In this document: positions 9,963 to 22,152 of the stretch, piece by piece | How the letters are laid out: every line of letters begins with the position of its first letter | Numbering within the stretch: the stretch's first letter is position 1 | Assembly (NCBI GenBank): GCA_043228905.1 | Contig: JBHGNT010000006.1 | Location: 11,718,001-11,782,000 of the forward strand | DNA from: Azolla caroliniana | Lineage: Eukaryota; Plantae; Polypodiophyta | Length of the DNA stretch: 64,000 nucleotides | Direction: 5' to 3' | The notes under the pieces: generated by a model | Database searches by the model: none | What the model saw: only the letters and a program-made list of their open reading frames with translations | What the model was told of the DNA's origin: nothing | Made by a program: the position numbers and the translations under genes

Positions 9963-12543
9963 TCAGGAATCATCAATCCAAGGTCTGACATGAATTGCCG
10001 AAGCTTGCCGGCTCCTAAGGCTTTGGTGAAGATGTCTGTTGTCTAAAGATTCGTGTTGATGTGTTGAAGGTCGACATCTGCGGCCTGTACGCGCTCTCGA
10101 ATGAAGTAATAGTGCACTTCGATATGCTTTGTGCGTGCGTGGAACACCGGGTTCCGAGCCAGAGATATACTGCTCATGTTGTCGTAGTAAATGAGAGTCA
10201 GATCCTTGATGGGGATGCCCAGATCCTTCAAAATCCTCTTGAGCCATAGGGCTTCACATGCAGTTACGGCTGCACCCCTGTATTCAACCTCCGTACTCGA
10301 AAGTGCGACGGTAGGCCGCTTCTTACTACTCCAAGATATTGTTCCGTTATCGAGCGAGAAGACAAATCCGGAGGTTGATCGTCGATCGGCTTTGTAGCCT
10401 GCCTAGTCCGCGTTTGTGTACCCTTCGAGTCGTATTGGTGTGGCCGATGCGTAGTGAATGACATAATCCATTGTGTCGCTCACATATCGTAATACTCGCT
10501 TAGCGCAATCGAAATGGATATCTCGCGAAGTTTGCATGAATTGGCTAAGGAGTCCGATTGAGTAGCTAAGGTCGGGTCGAGTGATCGTGAGATAGATGAG
10601 GCTCCCAATCAGTCGACGATATTGGGTCGGCTTGCACTCATCTGTGCCATAGTTAGCATCTAGTTTGAGGTTTCGATCGAGAGGCATAGCGACCGATTTG
10701 CACTCAGTCATCCCGAACTTGTATAACAAGTTGAGGATGTAGTGTCATTGGGAGATCATAATGTCGGCCGGAGTTCGAATTACCTCAATGCCTAGGAAGT
10801 AATGAAGCTCCTTCATGTTCGTCATCTCGAATTTGTTGGAGAGGAGGGACTTCACCTTGTTGATGTCGACTAAATGCTCACCTCCAATAACCAGATCATC
10901 CACGTAGAGGATGATGACAATTAGGATTCTAGAGTCGTGTCGTATGTAGAGGGAGTTTTCGGATTTCGACATTCGAAATCCGATTTGATGAAGATATTGC
11001 GTAATCTTCGAATGCCAAGCACGCGGTGCTTGCTTGAGGCCGTAGAGTGGCTTCTTGAGTTGGCATACAACTTTTGGATGAATGCGCGATTCGAAGCCGG
11101 GTGGTTGTACCATGTACACCTCCTCGTCTAATTCACCTTGAAGAAAGGCGTTCTTGACGTTCATTTGGTGGAGGTGCCACCCTTTTGCCGCTGTAAGTGC
11201 GATCACGGTCCGCACCGGCATCATCTTTGCCACCGGGGCAAAGGTCTCTTCATAGTCGACTCCATGCGTCTAAGCATATCCTTTCGCTACAAGTCGAGCT
11301 TTGTAACGGTTTACGGAGCCGTCGTCATTATACTTCACCTTGGAGACCAAATTCTTCGTGATAGTTGGTACATGCAAGACATTTTTAATATAAGTTTGCT
11401 TACCTTCTTCTCCGAACGGAACATTGCCAATGTGCCGAATCGGGTGCGTAGTGTCGTCTCCGGTTTCGACATGGCTCTCGAAGTTCTCGGAACCATTCTT
11501 GATGCGACGTCATATGGTTCAAGGCACCGGAATCGACGAACCATACGTCTTCCAGACTGGAGGCATTAGTAGAAGTAGAGGCCGACATAGAATTCGCTCT
11601 ACGTCTCATTACGAATAATCCACCGTAGTCGTCGTACTTGGAGTCGGCGGCGTAATTGGTGAGTTGTCGACTAGTGGAAGTCGACTCACGCATCTTCTTT
11701 CGGCACTCTTCTTTGTGGTGGCCAATTTTGCCGCAATATCTTCATTCGATTGAGGTTTGTCGGCTCGAACCGAAATGGTGGCTCCCCCTTCTTCTGAAGG
11801 TTCCTCGATGACCTCCATCTTGTTGCCGTAATTGAGAGTTGTTTTCGTAAATCAGGCCTCGTCCGCTTCATCATTGACCGAATTGGCCTCTTCTTACATG
11901 GCCGCGTCCTCTTCCTCCGTCCGAATGCGTGTAGAGCATGTGGTCTTCCGAGGTGTTGGTCCTTGTTCGAACATGATTCTGTTCGACCAACAACATGGAT
12001 TGAAGATCGAAGAAGGAGGGTGGATTCTCCCGTGCTAGTATGACGGTTCGCATCGCACCGAATCGTGGTGCAAGGCCGCCGAGGCATATTTGCACCATCT
12101 CATCATCGTCCACATTGACGCTTATCGAACCAAACGAGTCGCAAAGCTCCTTGATCTTCAAGGTGTAGCTTGTGATGGAGATATCCCTTTGTTGGATGTT
12201 GTTCAACTCTTGGCGGAGTTGAAGCTTTCTCGCGGTAGTGTTGGCGGCGAAAATATTTCGTAGATTCTCCCACGCTTCCTTCGGTGTCTCGGCTTCTCGG
12301 CTTCTCGAATGTACTCGAGCATGTGGTCATGAACACATGTCAGCAATACATCACTTGGCTTGCCGCTTGCTCCCACGTGGCATAGTCAGTGTCTTTCGGG
12401 TCGGGTCGGTTTTCTTGTGCTCCCTTGATGTAACCCCAATAGCCTTGGCCGACAGGGTATTGGTGCATCTTGCACTGCCAAGATGCGAAGTTGTTTCGGT
12501 CCAACTTCTCGCTAGGGAGAGCGCTCCCCATTTGAGTATTCAT
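9963..12543 (-). pseudogene. Copia gag-protease-RT-RNaseH polyprotein remnant of element B
   Basis: KLDRNNFASW gag, WFVDSGA protease, LYVDDL RT, RTKHIEVHYYFIRE RNase H. Multiple frameshifts; integrase absent. Confidence 0.9.
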
Positions 12544-13488
12544 TGTTGATTAAGCTTCCTTTCTTCTTTTCCTTCTCTCTCGAACATGAGCTATGTAGTG
12601 GTACTACGATAGTGATGAGCCGGTTCTTCTTGAACATCGGCGTAGAGCACAACACATGATCACGATGAGGCGAGTGGGCTAGATCGACCTACCAAATTGT
12701 TCTGATACCATGTAAAGAATCGATGGTGATTCTTGTGAAGCGGAAGAGATGTGTGTTATGTGTATGTGTGAGAGGAATTAGAGGAGAGATGAGAGAACAC
12801 AAGATAGATAAAAAAAGAAATACTCAAGATGAAGGTGTATATTTCACAAGTAGAATAAGAATTACAAAATGTAGCATAATAAGGATTCACAACCGACTTA
12901 GTATGAAGTATGAGAAGGGTGCTTTATATAGAGTCACCCTCTCTCTTCATTAACTTTACAACAACCACTCTCTCTCTTGGAGAATGTGAAGACTCATAGT
13001 CATGGGGAATATGTAACTCATTAGTTATGTGTCATAGAATATGATTCTATGACACATAGTTCATGTGTAGAGAGTAGTGGTGTGACTCTTGACCTTCGAG
13101 TAATCATGGATTCTCAAAAGGTGTGTTCACACGTTGCACTATGTTGAGCTTGATTCTCAACAGTACATAACAATATTACTTGTAGATTAGGTGATGTCTT
13201 AAGGTAGATTGCACTCTCATTCCCTACCTTAACTTGTCTTGATAAATTTTTAACCATCAATCATACGTACCTCTTGTGAATGCACACAAAATACCTTGGG
13301 GAACATTACATGAAGGGATCCACCGCCTCATCTTCACGTTCAGATGCGGACGACTCAATGGGCACTCCAATTCGTCCTCAGATGTAAATGATGTTGTGGA
13401 TGACGATGACGTATCCTCCAATTCATCTTCCATCATGGCAAAGATTCCATGTTTCACTATGATTGAATTTGGTTATGATCTGTTGGCA

Positions 13489-13860
13489 AATTAATCTCTG
13501 TGAAATCTATTTGGGTGTGATAGGAATCGATTATTTTCTATGATTAGTGTGTTTGATTGAATTATGTGGAAAATTGGCATTAGTATTCAATTGATTATTT
13601 TCTGTGATTATTGTGTGTGAATGAATTCTAGGGAAAATGGACTTTAGTATGATCGATTATTTTCAATGAATTCTACAGAAATTAATCTCTGTGAAATCCA
13701 TTTGGGTGTGATAGGAATCAATTATTTTTTATGATTAGGGCGTTTAATTGAATTATGTGGAAAATTGATGTTAGAATTCAAATAATTATTTTCTGTGATT
13801 ATTGTGTGTGATTGAATTCTAGGGAAATTGTTTGTGGAAAATAGACGTTAGTATGATCGT
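13489..13860. repeat. Tandem duplication, ~190-bp unit x2
   Basis: AATTAATCTCTGTGAAATC.ATTTGGGTGTGATAGGAATC recurs at ~13489 and ~13680. Confidence 0.75.
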
Positions 13861-13967
13861 TGCAAAGCAATTATTACAGGTAGTTAGGCTTCTGCCTGCA
13901 ATATGAGTCAGGCTCCTGATTAATGGGTCGGACAATTGCCTTCTGTCACAAGTCGGGCTCATGCTTA

Positions 13968-14170
13968 GTTACAAGAATTTGACCATTTCACCATACAAAA
14001 TACAAGAATTTGATGATTTCACCATACCATATACAAGATTTTGACGATTTGATCATACAAAATACAAAATTTTGACGATTTCACCATACCATATACAAAA
14101 TTTTGACGATTTGATCATACAATATACAAGATTTTGACGATTTGAAATACCATATCATGAAACCTTTTGA
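13968..14170. repeat. Imperfect ~30-bp minisatellite
   Basis: Recurring ATACAAGATTTTGACGATTT(GATC/CACC)ATAC units. Confidence 0.7.
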
Positions 14171-14439
14171 AATACCATATACAAATAACAATTCCTCATA
14201 CCATATCATGAAACGATTCCAAAATACAAAAATGATGTTACCGATACACTTCATTTCAATATACCATGTACAAATGTAATGGCGGGTAGCCACGATTCCA
14301 TTATACAAAATTGGGTTTATATACCAAATTGGATATACAAAAATAGCAAGATTTGATAATACACCAAGTGCATAGATTTGATATTACAAAAATCACAATA
14401 TACAACAAGGAATGGTTGTCACAACAGTTTACTATATGG

Positions 14440-15450
14440 GGAACCCTAAAACCCAGCATGTCCATTTCACCATATTCTTTCGAAGGAGTTCCACGTCTTC
14501 GTATCCGAACCAATGCTCATTACCCCACACCACAATATTTCACAATCACTAACTACCTATCATGAACTAGTGCCGATATTCAATCCTTGGTCATACTTAC
14601 AAAATCGAGAGAATGGAATCCAAGAATGAACTCTTCAACCAGCATCTAAGTTGTCCGCATCATGTAACACCCACAATCGGTCCCATTGGGTTGGGTTGGG
14701 ATGTGCAATACATGATGTCTTTCATCACTTATGAGGCAATGGTCTGGCAGCGCGCTTGAGATATGTCATACAACCATCTTGAACCCAATGTCTTCAAGCG
14801 CAGAGCCAGAGGATTATTCAATTTATCGCAGAAGACTATCGGGTTGGTCACCTCATGAGAAACGCCAATTCTCATTCATAGCCCAACCACAATCTTTAAC
14901 TTGAGCTTTTCCATTTGTTGTTCCTTTCCAACGTCGTATATGGCCATCGTGTGATTCGTGAATCGGGCTATGAAATCGAACTTTGTGCATGTTCAGAGCT
15001 CTTTTAGAGTGGCATTGAACTAGTTAACCACTCTCGTCTTCAACTTTATCATGTATGATTGAGACATCTGAGGCACTTTACCTCTAGATTTAAAAAAGGA
15101 TGAATCATCATTGTCTTTCCTAGTCATTGAAGAATGATGTGGCCATGCTCTTCCAGGAAGTCATGAGCTCCTCTTCCTCTATCTTCATCCCTTGAGGAAG
15201 CACTACATGAATGCCATGTGCCTTCTGCAAGTGTGCCTCCATATCAAATTTATCACGCTCTACCTGGCATGAATCTCGCACTATCATGTCTAACATTTGA
15301 TACCTGTCGAATCTTCAGGTCCACACTTGAAGAGGGCCATATGGTCAAGTATGTCATCTGTTGTGACATATGCATTAGAATAACCCAATATATACATACT
15401 TCAAGAATGATTACAATAATGTACATCAACTCACCATTTGGTTTGGCATC
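14440..15450 (-). pseudogene. Ulp1-like (peptidase C48) remnant, TE-associated
   Basis: Minus strand QPNGTDCGCYMM at 14658-14693 (Q..DCG catalytic motif), with an upstream NHTMAIYD segment at ~14930-14958. Heavily interrupted. Confidence 0.55.
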
Positions 15451-16465
15451 CAAATATGATGGGCCACGGTTCGGTCCTCATTTCTCCCTGTTGTACTCTT
15501 TTTCAAAATGTTATTTTCAGCCTCCATCTCATTGGATATGTCGCTTCTAGTACCCCTTCTTACAAAAACCCTAAACCATCATTGTTGTTAGCACATATGC
15601 ATCAATATGGCCATGTCGAATACATAGTTGAAAAAGGATCCGGTCCATATCTCCCTTCATTGGGTATTGTTTAACCCCAATTAGCATCAAAGTCTATGAA
15701 GCCTTCGAACCTACTAGCCACCTATACAAAAAAGTGTGAATACAAATCATTTTGATTGTTATCCGTGGCATTATAAGTGTATGAGTGTATACGTTGTCGT
15801 GGAGAAAACCGTCCCTAGGCGGAAACCGGGTATAACGTGCGTAAACCAGCCCTTACACGTGGGCACAAGTTTTGTTGTATAGTACACAGATGGGTACAAG
15901 TCGGCTGAGGTGAAATCCTAGGTAGCATGCATTCATTAGGGAGAAAATCGAGGAGTATCCCTGTCCGAAAGGACAGGCAATACACATGATGTAACGGGTG
16001 GTAACGACCTCCCTCCTTGGGCTATAAAAGAGAGGGAGAGGTATGGTAAATATATCGCGTTTTGTGGAGGACGAAGTGTTGCCGGACTGGAACCGAGCTC
16101 TTCTCCTTTGTCTTCTCCATAGTCGTTCTGTGTAGGTTTTCGGGAGGCTGACTCTGCTCCGCGAAACGCCCGAGTGCTTCCGGCAGAGTCTCCATCTCGC
16201 ATTCTGTGTGTGTGTGTGTGTGTGTGCAGGCATCGGAGCCTATCACTCGCCCGCTTGCCGATTGTAACTCCTTGATACATACATATACATTCGTTCTCTC
16301 TCCATTATTCAGAGTTAGTTGCCACTCCTGTGAATCTGTGTGTCTGTGCGCGTGTGAAGTACGTTGGTAGTTTCCTTCCCCTCTTCTCATTCGGATATTT
16401 CTCGGTCCAAGGCCCTCGTGGTCCCGCCTCATTCTCCATGCATGCGCATAACAACGCGACATATT

Positions 16466-16483
16466 TGGTGAACCCGACGTGAA
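16466..16483 (+). promoter_or_regulatory. tRNA-Trp primer binding site
   Basis: TGGTGAACCCGACGTGAA is complementary to the plant tRNA-Trp 3' end ...TTCACGTCGGGTTCACCA (recalled sequence). Confidence 0.8.
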
Positions 16484-17012
16484 CAAGTGGCAGAGGAATA
16501 GAAAGATGAGAGGGTTGGACCTTGCAGAAGCCATGGCTTCGGTTGTGGATCGGATAGTGAGTGCCCACGAAGGCACATGCGCCCTCGATAAGGCTATTGA
16601 AGCAGTCGTCGGCACGATAGGCCAGTTCAGTGGGAAGGACGCCATGAGCTATTTGGAGGCTTACTGAGCTGAAATGGTGATGAGGGACATCTCGGAGGAC
16701 AGGCGACTGGCTGGATTCCCTCGGGTGGCGATGCCGGGCATCCACGCGGAGGTGCTTGAGGTACGGGCTGAGAGTCGGACCTAGGAAGAGTTTGAAGGTC
16801 GGCTCCTTGAAAAATACGGGTTGGATGACGCGCTTTGGCTATCGAAGCAGGACTTCATGGAATGGGTGGAGACCCCCGAAAAGGGGAGAACCGCGTTGGT
16901 GCTCCTTCGAGAGTTTGAAGAACGCTTCGCACGTCTTTCGGCGTTGGACCGGACCGTACTGGACACAAGTCGTTTCCTATTGTTCGTTAAATCGGTGGAC
17001 ATAAGGGATCAG

Positions 17013-17755
17013 TGTCGTGTGAATCTTCTCACACTATGTAAATAATAATATTATTAAAATAAGTACTTTATATTAGCTTAATGGCATGTTATAGAAGATG
17101 GATGTTTGAGAAGATAAGGAAAATAGAACTATTATTTATCCTACATAGATAGGAAACTTAAGGCCCTGGCTATATAAGCACCTTGAGACCCTCATTTTCA
17201 TTTGTGCTAAGCGCACTTTAGCCACTTTGTCTTGATGGATGATGGTGGCCAAGTTCCCAAAAGCCGGAAACCGGCCGGTAAGCAAAACCTGAACCAGACC
17301 GGCAAGCAAAACTGAAAACCGGAATCGGGCTGGCAAGCAAAACTGGAAATCGGCCGGCAAACAAAACTGGAACTAGCTGGCAAGCAAAACTGGAAACCAG
17401 CCGGCAAACAAAACCGAAATCGAGCCGGTAAGCAAAACCGGAAATCGGTCGGTAAGCAAACCGGAACTGGCAGTAGAGTCGGCGACCGGACGAGGTTGGA
17501 CACAAACCGAACGGATAAAAGGATCATGTGGCTAATTAAAGAAAGGTAAAAGAGACTAAAGTAAAGGTCATGTGGACGGTCGCATGCAACTAAAAATGGA
17601 TGCAACTAAAAGTACAAGCCATGCAACTAAAAGTGGGCATGCAAAGTAACATTGAAGACTATGATCAACAGGGAACTCCATATATATTCCATTTTTTTAC
17701 ACATCCTATTCTCTCTCCATATATTTTCGCGTATCCTCATCGTATTTTCGCGACA
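17013..17755. mobile_element. Solo LTR-like insertion 1 in element D
   Basis: TGTCGTGTGAA...TTCGCGACA termini. Flanks TCAG / CCGG (consistent with a CpG-decayed 4-bp TSD). The host frame resumes after removal. Internal CTATATAAG and ~27-bp AAACCGG repeats at 17265-17470. Confidence 0.8.
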
Positions 17756-18434
17756 CCGGGAGCAAGTGGGCTTCCTGTTAGACACTGATGACGGCCTAAC
17801 AATCGACTAGGTCGTGGTAAAGAGAGTCTGCGACCGTTTTGACAAACGGTGTGAGTGGGTCGATAAAGGCTTGACGGGGGCGGGTTCTGTTGCGACAAGG
17901 AAGCTCGGGGTTCCCCCACCGGCGTGAAGGGAAGAGACCCGAGACTAGCTCGAGACCGGCTCGACTTCGACCATCATGGTCAAAGGCTCGTCCGGAGGAG
18001 CGGCTCTGGAGGAGCTGACTCAGATGGTAAGGGACCTCCTGATTGCACAAGCACGGACGGACGGTGGCGAACAAGTCCATGACCGAAGACCTCCGGCTGG
18101 GAACCGGTGCTTGTGGTGTGACGTGGTCAGCCAAGCCCGAAAGGACTGCGGAGACTTCGTCGAAGCGATAAGAGCTAACGTGGTGTACCTATGGAACGGT
18201 CGGGTGCACGCTAGCAAGACCCGAAGGGCCCTGGATCTGAATGTCGGACGAGGGGGCATGAAAGGATTGATGGAAGAAGCAGCGGCTTGCCATGCGGAGA
18301 CCGTCCACTACTCGGCGTCGGCTGCAATCCGGGTCGGAAGTGATGAAGTCCAGAAGACGAAGGAAGCCGGATTCTGGCCGTTGATGCTAGAAGGCCTCGC
18401 CGGTGTACGGCTGAGGAAAGAGGAAGCGGACCGC

Positions 18435-19945
18435 TGTCGCGAAGTTTCGCGCGCGTGTGTTACTTGGGCGGGACCACGGGGGTCTCGGACTAGGGAGTAC
18501 TCAAGGGATAGAGAAGACCCAAGGTTTGCTTTATGACAATACTACTTCCCCACCCCTTCCCGAGCAAGGTCTTGTTCCCCTTTAGTTTTGTGAGGCCGGT
18601 GGCTCTCGTTGATCACGACTCGTCGACCTTCCGAGATCACCGTACGAGCCAAGTGACCAAACGAGTACAAGCAAGATGAGCACGCAACATGAACGCACAA
18701 TGGGACGATAACACAAACACGAATGTCCGTACGGCTTGATGAGGAGGAGAGGTGCATGGGCGCGCATGAACGCTCCCTCGTGACAAGACATCGAACGTAC
18801 GAGGAAGACACAAAACACACGCACAAATGCTCGTACGCCTTTATGAGGAGGAGAGGTGCATGGGCAAGCCCGAACGGTCCCCTCGTCACAAGACGGTCAA
18901 ACGTACAAGGAAGACACAAACACACGCACAAAATGCTCGTATGCCTTTATGAGGAGGAGAGGTGCATGGGCAAGCCCGAACGGTCCCCTCGTCACAAGAC
19001 GGCCGAACGTACAAGGAAGACACAAACACACATACAAATGCTCGTACGCCTTTATGAGGAGGAGAGGTGCATGGGCAAGCCCGAACGGTCCCCTCGTCAC
19101 AAGACGGCCGAACGTACAAGAAAGACACGAATAAAGAAAGAAGGAGAGAAAGAAACACGAACAATATTGACCAAAGAGTTAAATACGTGTTTGATTCTAA
19201 TGCAAGAGGACCCTTTATAAAATAGGGTTTTTTTTTACAATGGCAACTTATAGTTAACCACAAGCTCAATCAAAACATAAATATTAAATGCCCTTAGAGA
19301 CAAGGCAAAACCGAACACGGCGAAGACGAACCACGACCACCCGAACGACAAGCACACGGGCTCACAACGACGAACGGGGCGGAGCAACGTCGAGCCAACG
19401 ACGCTTGGGCTCACGAGCACGTGGCGATGGGGGGATGAAGGGGTATGAGATGAAGAAAAGTGGTGAAAAAGGAGATGAAGAGCTTCGAAGGAAAATTGGC
19501 GATAGTCTCCTCTTCCCAAAACGTCCTCCCAAATGAGCCCCCCTCGACCTCCTTTTATAGGAAAAAAAAGAAGGGGGGGGTCGCCAAATTTGTCTTCAAT
19601 GAAAAAGGAATAAAATTCCTTAAATCATGCTGCATTATAAGACTAGATTCAAACCGTGCACCTCTAGCTAGTAGTCAATATGACTATCCACTAACCCACT
19701 AACTCTTTCTTATAGAATATGTAAGTCTATCTCTATAAATTTATAGCCTGTCTCCCCTCTACCCTTTATCTCACCTCTCTCTTACTTTTTGCACGAGCTT
19801 CTATACCTCCCTTTTACCCTTTCTTTTCCTTTTTATTTTGTATATGCACAATTAATCGCTTTTGTGTGCACACACATTGCACATGCACATTTTTGACCCC
19901 CTTTTCGCCGGTTTTTCCCACCCTCGAGCACGCCACATCACGACA
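18435..19945. mobile_element. Solo LTR-like insertion 2 in element D
   Basis: TGTCGCGA...TCACGACA termini; perfect 4-bp TSD CCGC; the host reads EEADR|AERRVWE after removal. Confidence 0.88.
18715..19130. repeat. ~105-bp tandem repeat x4 inside solo LTR 2
   Basis: ATGAGGAGGAGAGGTGCATGGGC recurs at ~18740, ~18843, ~18949 and ~19054, followed by the AAGCCCGAACGGTCCCCTCGTCACAAGAC segment (diverged in the first copy). Confidence 0.85.
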
Positions 19946-22152
19946 CCGCGCGGAAAGACGGGTCTGGGAGGCAACCGGGTGGAGTGACCCGGTCGAAGAG
20001 AAGATGGGCTTCGTTGAAGCCGCTTGCCAAAACCACGAGGTTCTGGTGGAGGACAAGCATGCGGGTAAGACCGGAGGGGCCGGACCCTCACAATAGTATG
20101 AGACCCGGTTCAGGCAGAAGTAGAATGATGCCGATGCGACCGGCGCACCAGATAAAGCCAAGAGGGCTGGGTACCGATTGAGCACAGAGATCGAGAGGAC
20201 CACGGACCTGCGAAAGGTCCTGGAGGAACGGATCCTCGACGGTAAAGTGGAGTTGTCGCTAAGGGAAGTGCTCGGTATCGCCAAGAAGGAGTTCCACGTC
20301 TCCATCGTAGACTTGGTGAAGCGGAAAAGGCTTTCAACGGAGCCAAAGCCGGAGAAGCCGGTGGAGGTGCGAACGATGCACCTAGAAGACATGGCCCAGG
20401 AGGACGAATTGGCGGAAAGCCAGTACTCGAGGCTACATTGGGCTAGGGCCACTACGAAAACCCCTGTTCGGATCGGGGACGTCCAGGAGCCGATGGTGGT
20501 GTTGGTAGACCACGGTTCGGAGATCAACTTGATGTCCATGGACTTCTAGAAGAAGGGGAAGTGGCTGATCAACACCAAGCACGGGTGGAAAATACGGGCA
20601 GCAACGCCCGCCACGGAAGAGCTGTGTGGAGCCAGCCCGAACGTACGAGTGAAAATTAGCGATGTCGAGATCAATCAACACTTCTTCGTGCAGGAGACGT
20701 CCTCGCATTCGGTTATACTCGAGTAACCGTACATCACGGTGGCACGGATGGAGACAAAGGTGTTGGACAACGGTTCGGCATATGCATGAGTCCAGAGCCA
20801 GGATGGGCGTCACTCGGTCCAATTCCTGACGGTGTGGCCGAACCATGAGCGTAACCGCGAGACCCTCGGTGGCGAAAACCGAGGGGATTTTTAGAGAGGG
20901 CTATCAAGGCGTGGGGCCGCGATAGTCCGGACACCCCAAAAAAACCCCACAAATGTACTATAGGCAAAAAGACTTGTACCATAGGTACGAAATTTTGGTT
21001 CTCCGATAGCGGAGGCTGTACGATAGCTGGCGTAGTTGGCTGGGAAAAGAAGCGGGCGAAGGAGCGACTTCGGGCATGTGGAGTCCTCGGCCCTGAAGAG
21101 GAGATCAACGGAGCCATGGAGACGGTCTCTTTCAACACCTTAGGGAAGTTACGGGAGGTGTTCGGAGAAGGCCTTAATCAGGACCGGATGATTCCGGTAT
21201 GTTCGGAAAAGATGTACGAAGTCATCGCCGACTTCGGTAATGGACTCGAGTCGGATCGGACGGCCCGAGTGGATACGAAGTACAAGACTGTGGACCGAAA
21301 GGTGAGGCCAGTCGCAACACCCTTGCCGGAGGGCAGCGAGTTACAGATAAAGGGGGTCGTGTCGGACCCAAGTTTACGAGATCCGGCTAGCATAGGACAC
21401 ATGTTCACCGACATAACGCTACGGGAGCTCAAGATCGGTGGGGGTGGCTTTCTACTACCGGCGGAAGAGGACCGGTTTCGGAGAATGCTCGGGAGGCACG
21501 GGAAGGCTTTCGCATTCTCACCGGAGGAGATCGGGTGCGTAGACCCGACAGTTGTGGAACCAATGGTGATCTTCACGGTACCGCATGTGCCGTGGAATCT
21601 CAAACTGATTCCGGTACCCAGAGCTCACATCCCGAAGCTGATGGAGCTGCTGAAACAGAAGGTAGAAATGGGCATCCTCGAACCATCGAGTGCCCCATAT
21701 TCGAATCGGTGGTTTACAGTGCCAAAGAAGAATGGCACATTGCGCTTCATACAGGACCTGCAACGGGTCAACAAGGTGACCATTCGAAATGCAAGTATCC
21801 GACCGACCATTGATGAGTTCCCAGAGCCCTTCGCAGGAAGGTCGATCTACTTGATCGGGGATCTGTACTCAAGGTACGATCAGTTCCAACTAGCCGTAGA
21901 GAGCAAGGATGTCACGACGATGCGGACTCCTCTCGGCCTAGTTCGGATGTGTACCCTACCGCAGGGGGGAACTAACTCGGTGGCGCACATGGTGAATGCG
22001 ATGAACAAGGTATGGAGGGACTGCATCCCGGACATCACCATGCCATTTCTAGACGACATCCTGATCAAAGGATGTCCGGTGGAGGCCAAGGACGAGTCGA
22101 TCGGGCCCGACGGTTGCTGGAGGTTCGTGACGGACCACATTCACGACTGCGA

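Larger units (their letters stand above)
4061..13162 (-). mobile_element. Element B: Ty1/Copia LTR retrotransposon, integrase-deleted, decayed
   Basis: 452-bp LTRs at 4061-4144 plus 9443-9810, and 12711-13162. TSD GTACA (4056-4060 / 13163-13167). PBS TGGTATCAGA (Met-i) at 12701-12710 on minus; PPT at 9811-9819. Confidence 0.92.
2275..13172 (-). mobile_element. Element A: internally deleted Gypsy chromovirus (LTR-PBS-partial integrase-chromodomain-PPT-LTR), host of elements B and C
   Basis: LTR copies at 2275-~2748 and 3591-4060 plus 13168-13172. 5-bp TSD ATATT at 2270-2274 and 13173-13177. PBS TGGTATCA on minus strand at ~3582-3589; reverse PPT CTCCCCT next to the left LTR. Confidence 0.85.
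16532..20894 (+). pseudogene. gag-protease region of element D (split by two solo LTRs)
   Basis: Gag-like fragments, including a degenerate CLWCD...DC knuckle at ~18108-18150, rejoin across the insertions. Protease VLVDHGSEINLM at ~20500. The frame ends GGG GAT TTT TAG at 20894. Start position approximate. Confidence 0.75.

Noticed and set aside
11345-11400. AT-rich patch that looked like filler DNA at the Copia B deletion
   Set aside because: It translates as the normal protease tail KQTYIKNVLHVPTITKNLVS.
15853-16745. Several 110-210 aa minus-strand ORFs in element D's LTRs (also 25584-26248)
   Set aside because: They run through (TG)n tracts, differ between the two LTR copies and show no domain signatures.
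18715-19130. CRISPR-like array (also considered for 17265-17470, 34375-34590 and 56380-56760)
   Set aside because: The units are contiguous tandem repeats without unique spacers, in a eukaryotic TE context with no cas genes.
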